In this document: positions 23,261 to 24,000 of the stretch, piece after piece
Layout: each line of letters opens with the position of its first letter
Numbering within the stretch: the stretch's first letter is position 1
Program-made: the position numbers and the translations under genes
The notes under the pieces: model-generated
What the model was told of the DNA's origin: nothing
What the model saw: only the letters and a program-made list of their open reading frames with translations
Database searches by the model: none
Source of the DNA: an uncultured Collinsella sp.
GTDB lineage: Bacteria > Actinomycetota > Coriobacteriia > Coriobacteriales > Coriobacteriaceae
Direction: 5' to 3'
Assembly (NCBI GenBank): GCA_900556875.1
Contig: USQQ01000001.1
Location: 118,450-142,449, forward strand
DNA length: 24,000 bases

Positions 23261-24000
23261 TTAAGCGGTGAAGGGGTGAATCGTCACGCCCTTAACCACG
23301 CGGTTGACCGTGCCGGTGGGGCTCGGCGTATCGGGCGTGTTGCCCACGCGCACGGAGTTGAGCAGGCTGATGGCCTGGGCAAACATCACGAACGGCAGGG
23401 CAAGGTAGCCCTCGGGGAGTGCCTCATAGCCCTTAAAGGTGAAGGACTCGCCCTCGTAGACGGTAGCGCCATCCTGCTGAACGGCAACGGTGTGCTGAGC
23501 GATCTCGTCGCCACCGATCTCGTTGAGGATGTCGATATCGTACTGACGGGTGTAGGCATCGTTGTTGACGAACACGAACACGAGGGTCTTGTCGTCGACG
23601 AAGGACTTGGGTCCGTGACGATAACCCATAGAGGTGTCGTAGGAAGTAGCGACCAGACCGTGAGCGAGCTCGAGGATCTTGAGCTGGCTCTCCTGGGCAA
23701 GGCCACCGAAGGAGCCGGAACCCAAGTAGGTCACGCGGTTGAAGTCGCCAGCCAGGTAATCGGCAACCTCGGACTCGCGAGCGATGACCTCCTCGCCCAT
23801 CTTGGCGATGGTCTCGACCCACTCGGCCTTCTGCTCGTCGGAAGCCTCGTCAAAGATGAGGGTAGAGAGCAGGGTCATGCAGGTGTAGGAACCGGTCATG
23901 GCGAAGCCCTTGTCGTTGGCGCGCGGGATGAGCAGCGTCAGCGCATTGGGGTCATCAGCGGACTCGACAGCGAGCTTGCCCTCGGGAGCGCAGGTGATGT
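23261..24000 (-). CDS. SIS-domain sugar-phosphate isomerase/deaminase, AgaS-like; 5' end lies outside the window
   Basis: The frame stays open to the window edge (..ITCAPEGKLAVESADDPNALTLLIPRANDKGFAMTGSYTCM..). NDKGFAMT.S.T.M and YLGSG.....A.E..LK..E are typical of AgaS/GlmS-type tandem SIS proteins. The stop TAA is at 23261-23263. Confidence 0.8.
   Translation of the reverse strand, partial: ITCAPEGKLAVESADDPNALTLLIPRANDKGFAMTGSYTCMTLLSTLIFDEASDEQKAEWVETIAKMGEEVIARESEVADYLAGDFNRVTYLGSGSFGGLAQESQLKILELAHGLVATSYDTSMGYRHGPKSFVDDKTLVFVFVNNDAYTRQYDIDILNEIGGDEIAQHTVAVQQDGATVYEGESFTFKGYEALPEGYLALPFVMFAQAISLLNSVRVGNTPDTPSPTGTVNRVVKGVTIHPFTA

Overview
This is a high-GC (about 60% by eye) Gram-positive-type chromosomal segment. 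Gene content resembles a gut Actinomycetota/Coriobacteriia-like anaerobe; that is inference only, since no search could be run.

The window falls into four blocks.

(i) 1-2704: a Phd/ParE-type toxin-antitoxin (TA) pair. Next to it sits a visibly AT-richer 1.66-kb cassette encoding a DUF4143-type AAA+ ATPase with a C-terminal PD-(D/E)xK-like motif. The cassette lies in the tail of a decayed deoR copy and is bracketed by 42-bp direct repeats.

(ii) 2705-13092: a minus-strand operon of M42 peptidase, PTS EIIA/EIIB/EIIC (lactose/cellobiose family), M24 Xaa-Pro peptidase, RDD membrane protein and HPr. Around it are a divergent MalY/PatB C-S lyase, a PRD-domain activator (LicR/MtlR class) and a D-2-hydroxyacid dehydrogenase.

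(iii) 13511-16233: a second, indel-free, roughly 90% identical copy of the TA module, followed by an intact deoR and galM.

(iv) 16233-24000: a patchwork junction followed by amino-sugar/tagatose genes. The junction holds a 25-bp perfect inverted-repeat (IR) element, an orphan EIIB-Man-like gene with the catalytic His replaced by Tyr, tRNA-Thr(CGU), and an AT-richer islet with a TAG-interrupted secreted-protein gene. The sugar genes are yhcH-like, a nagA 3' remnant, a pfkB/lacC-like kinase, a lacX-like epimerase, a flavodoxin, nagA and a partial agaS-like gene.

I saw no rRNA, CRISPR array, transposase or integrase.

The best candidates for something new are:
- the ATPase-nuclease cassette beside the TA module;
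- the PTS, dual-peptidase and C-S-lyase locus, which has a shared TTTCACC-N5-GGTGAAA operator at both of its promoters;
- the recurring pattern of cargo bracketed by duplicated gene 3' ends.
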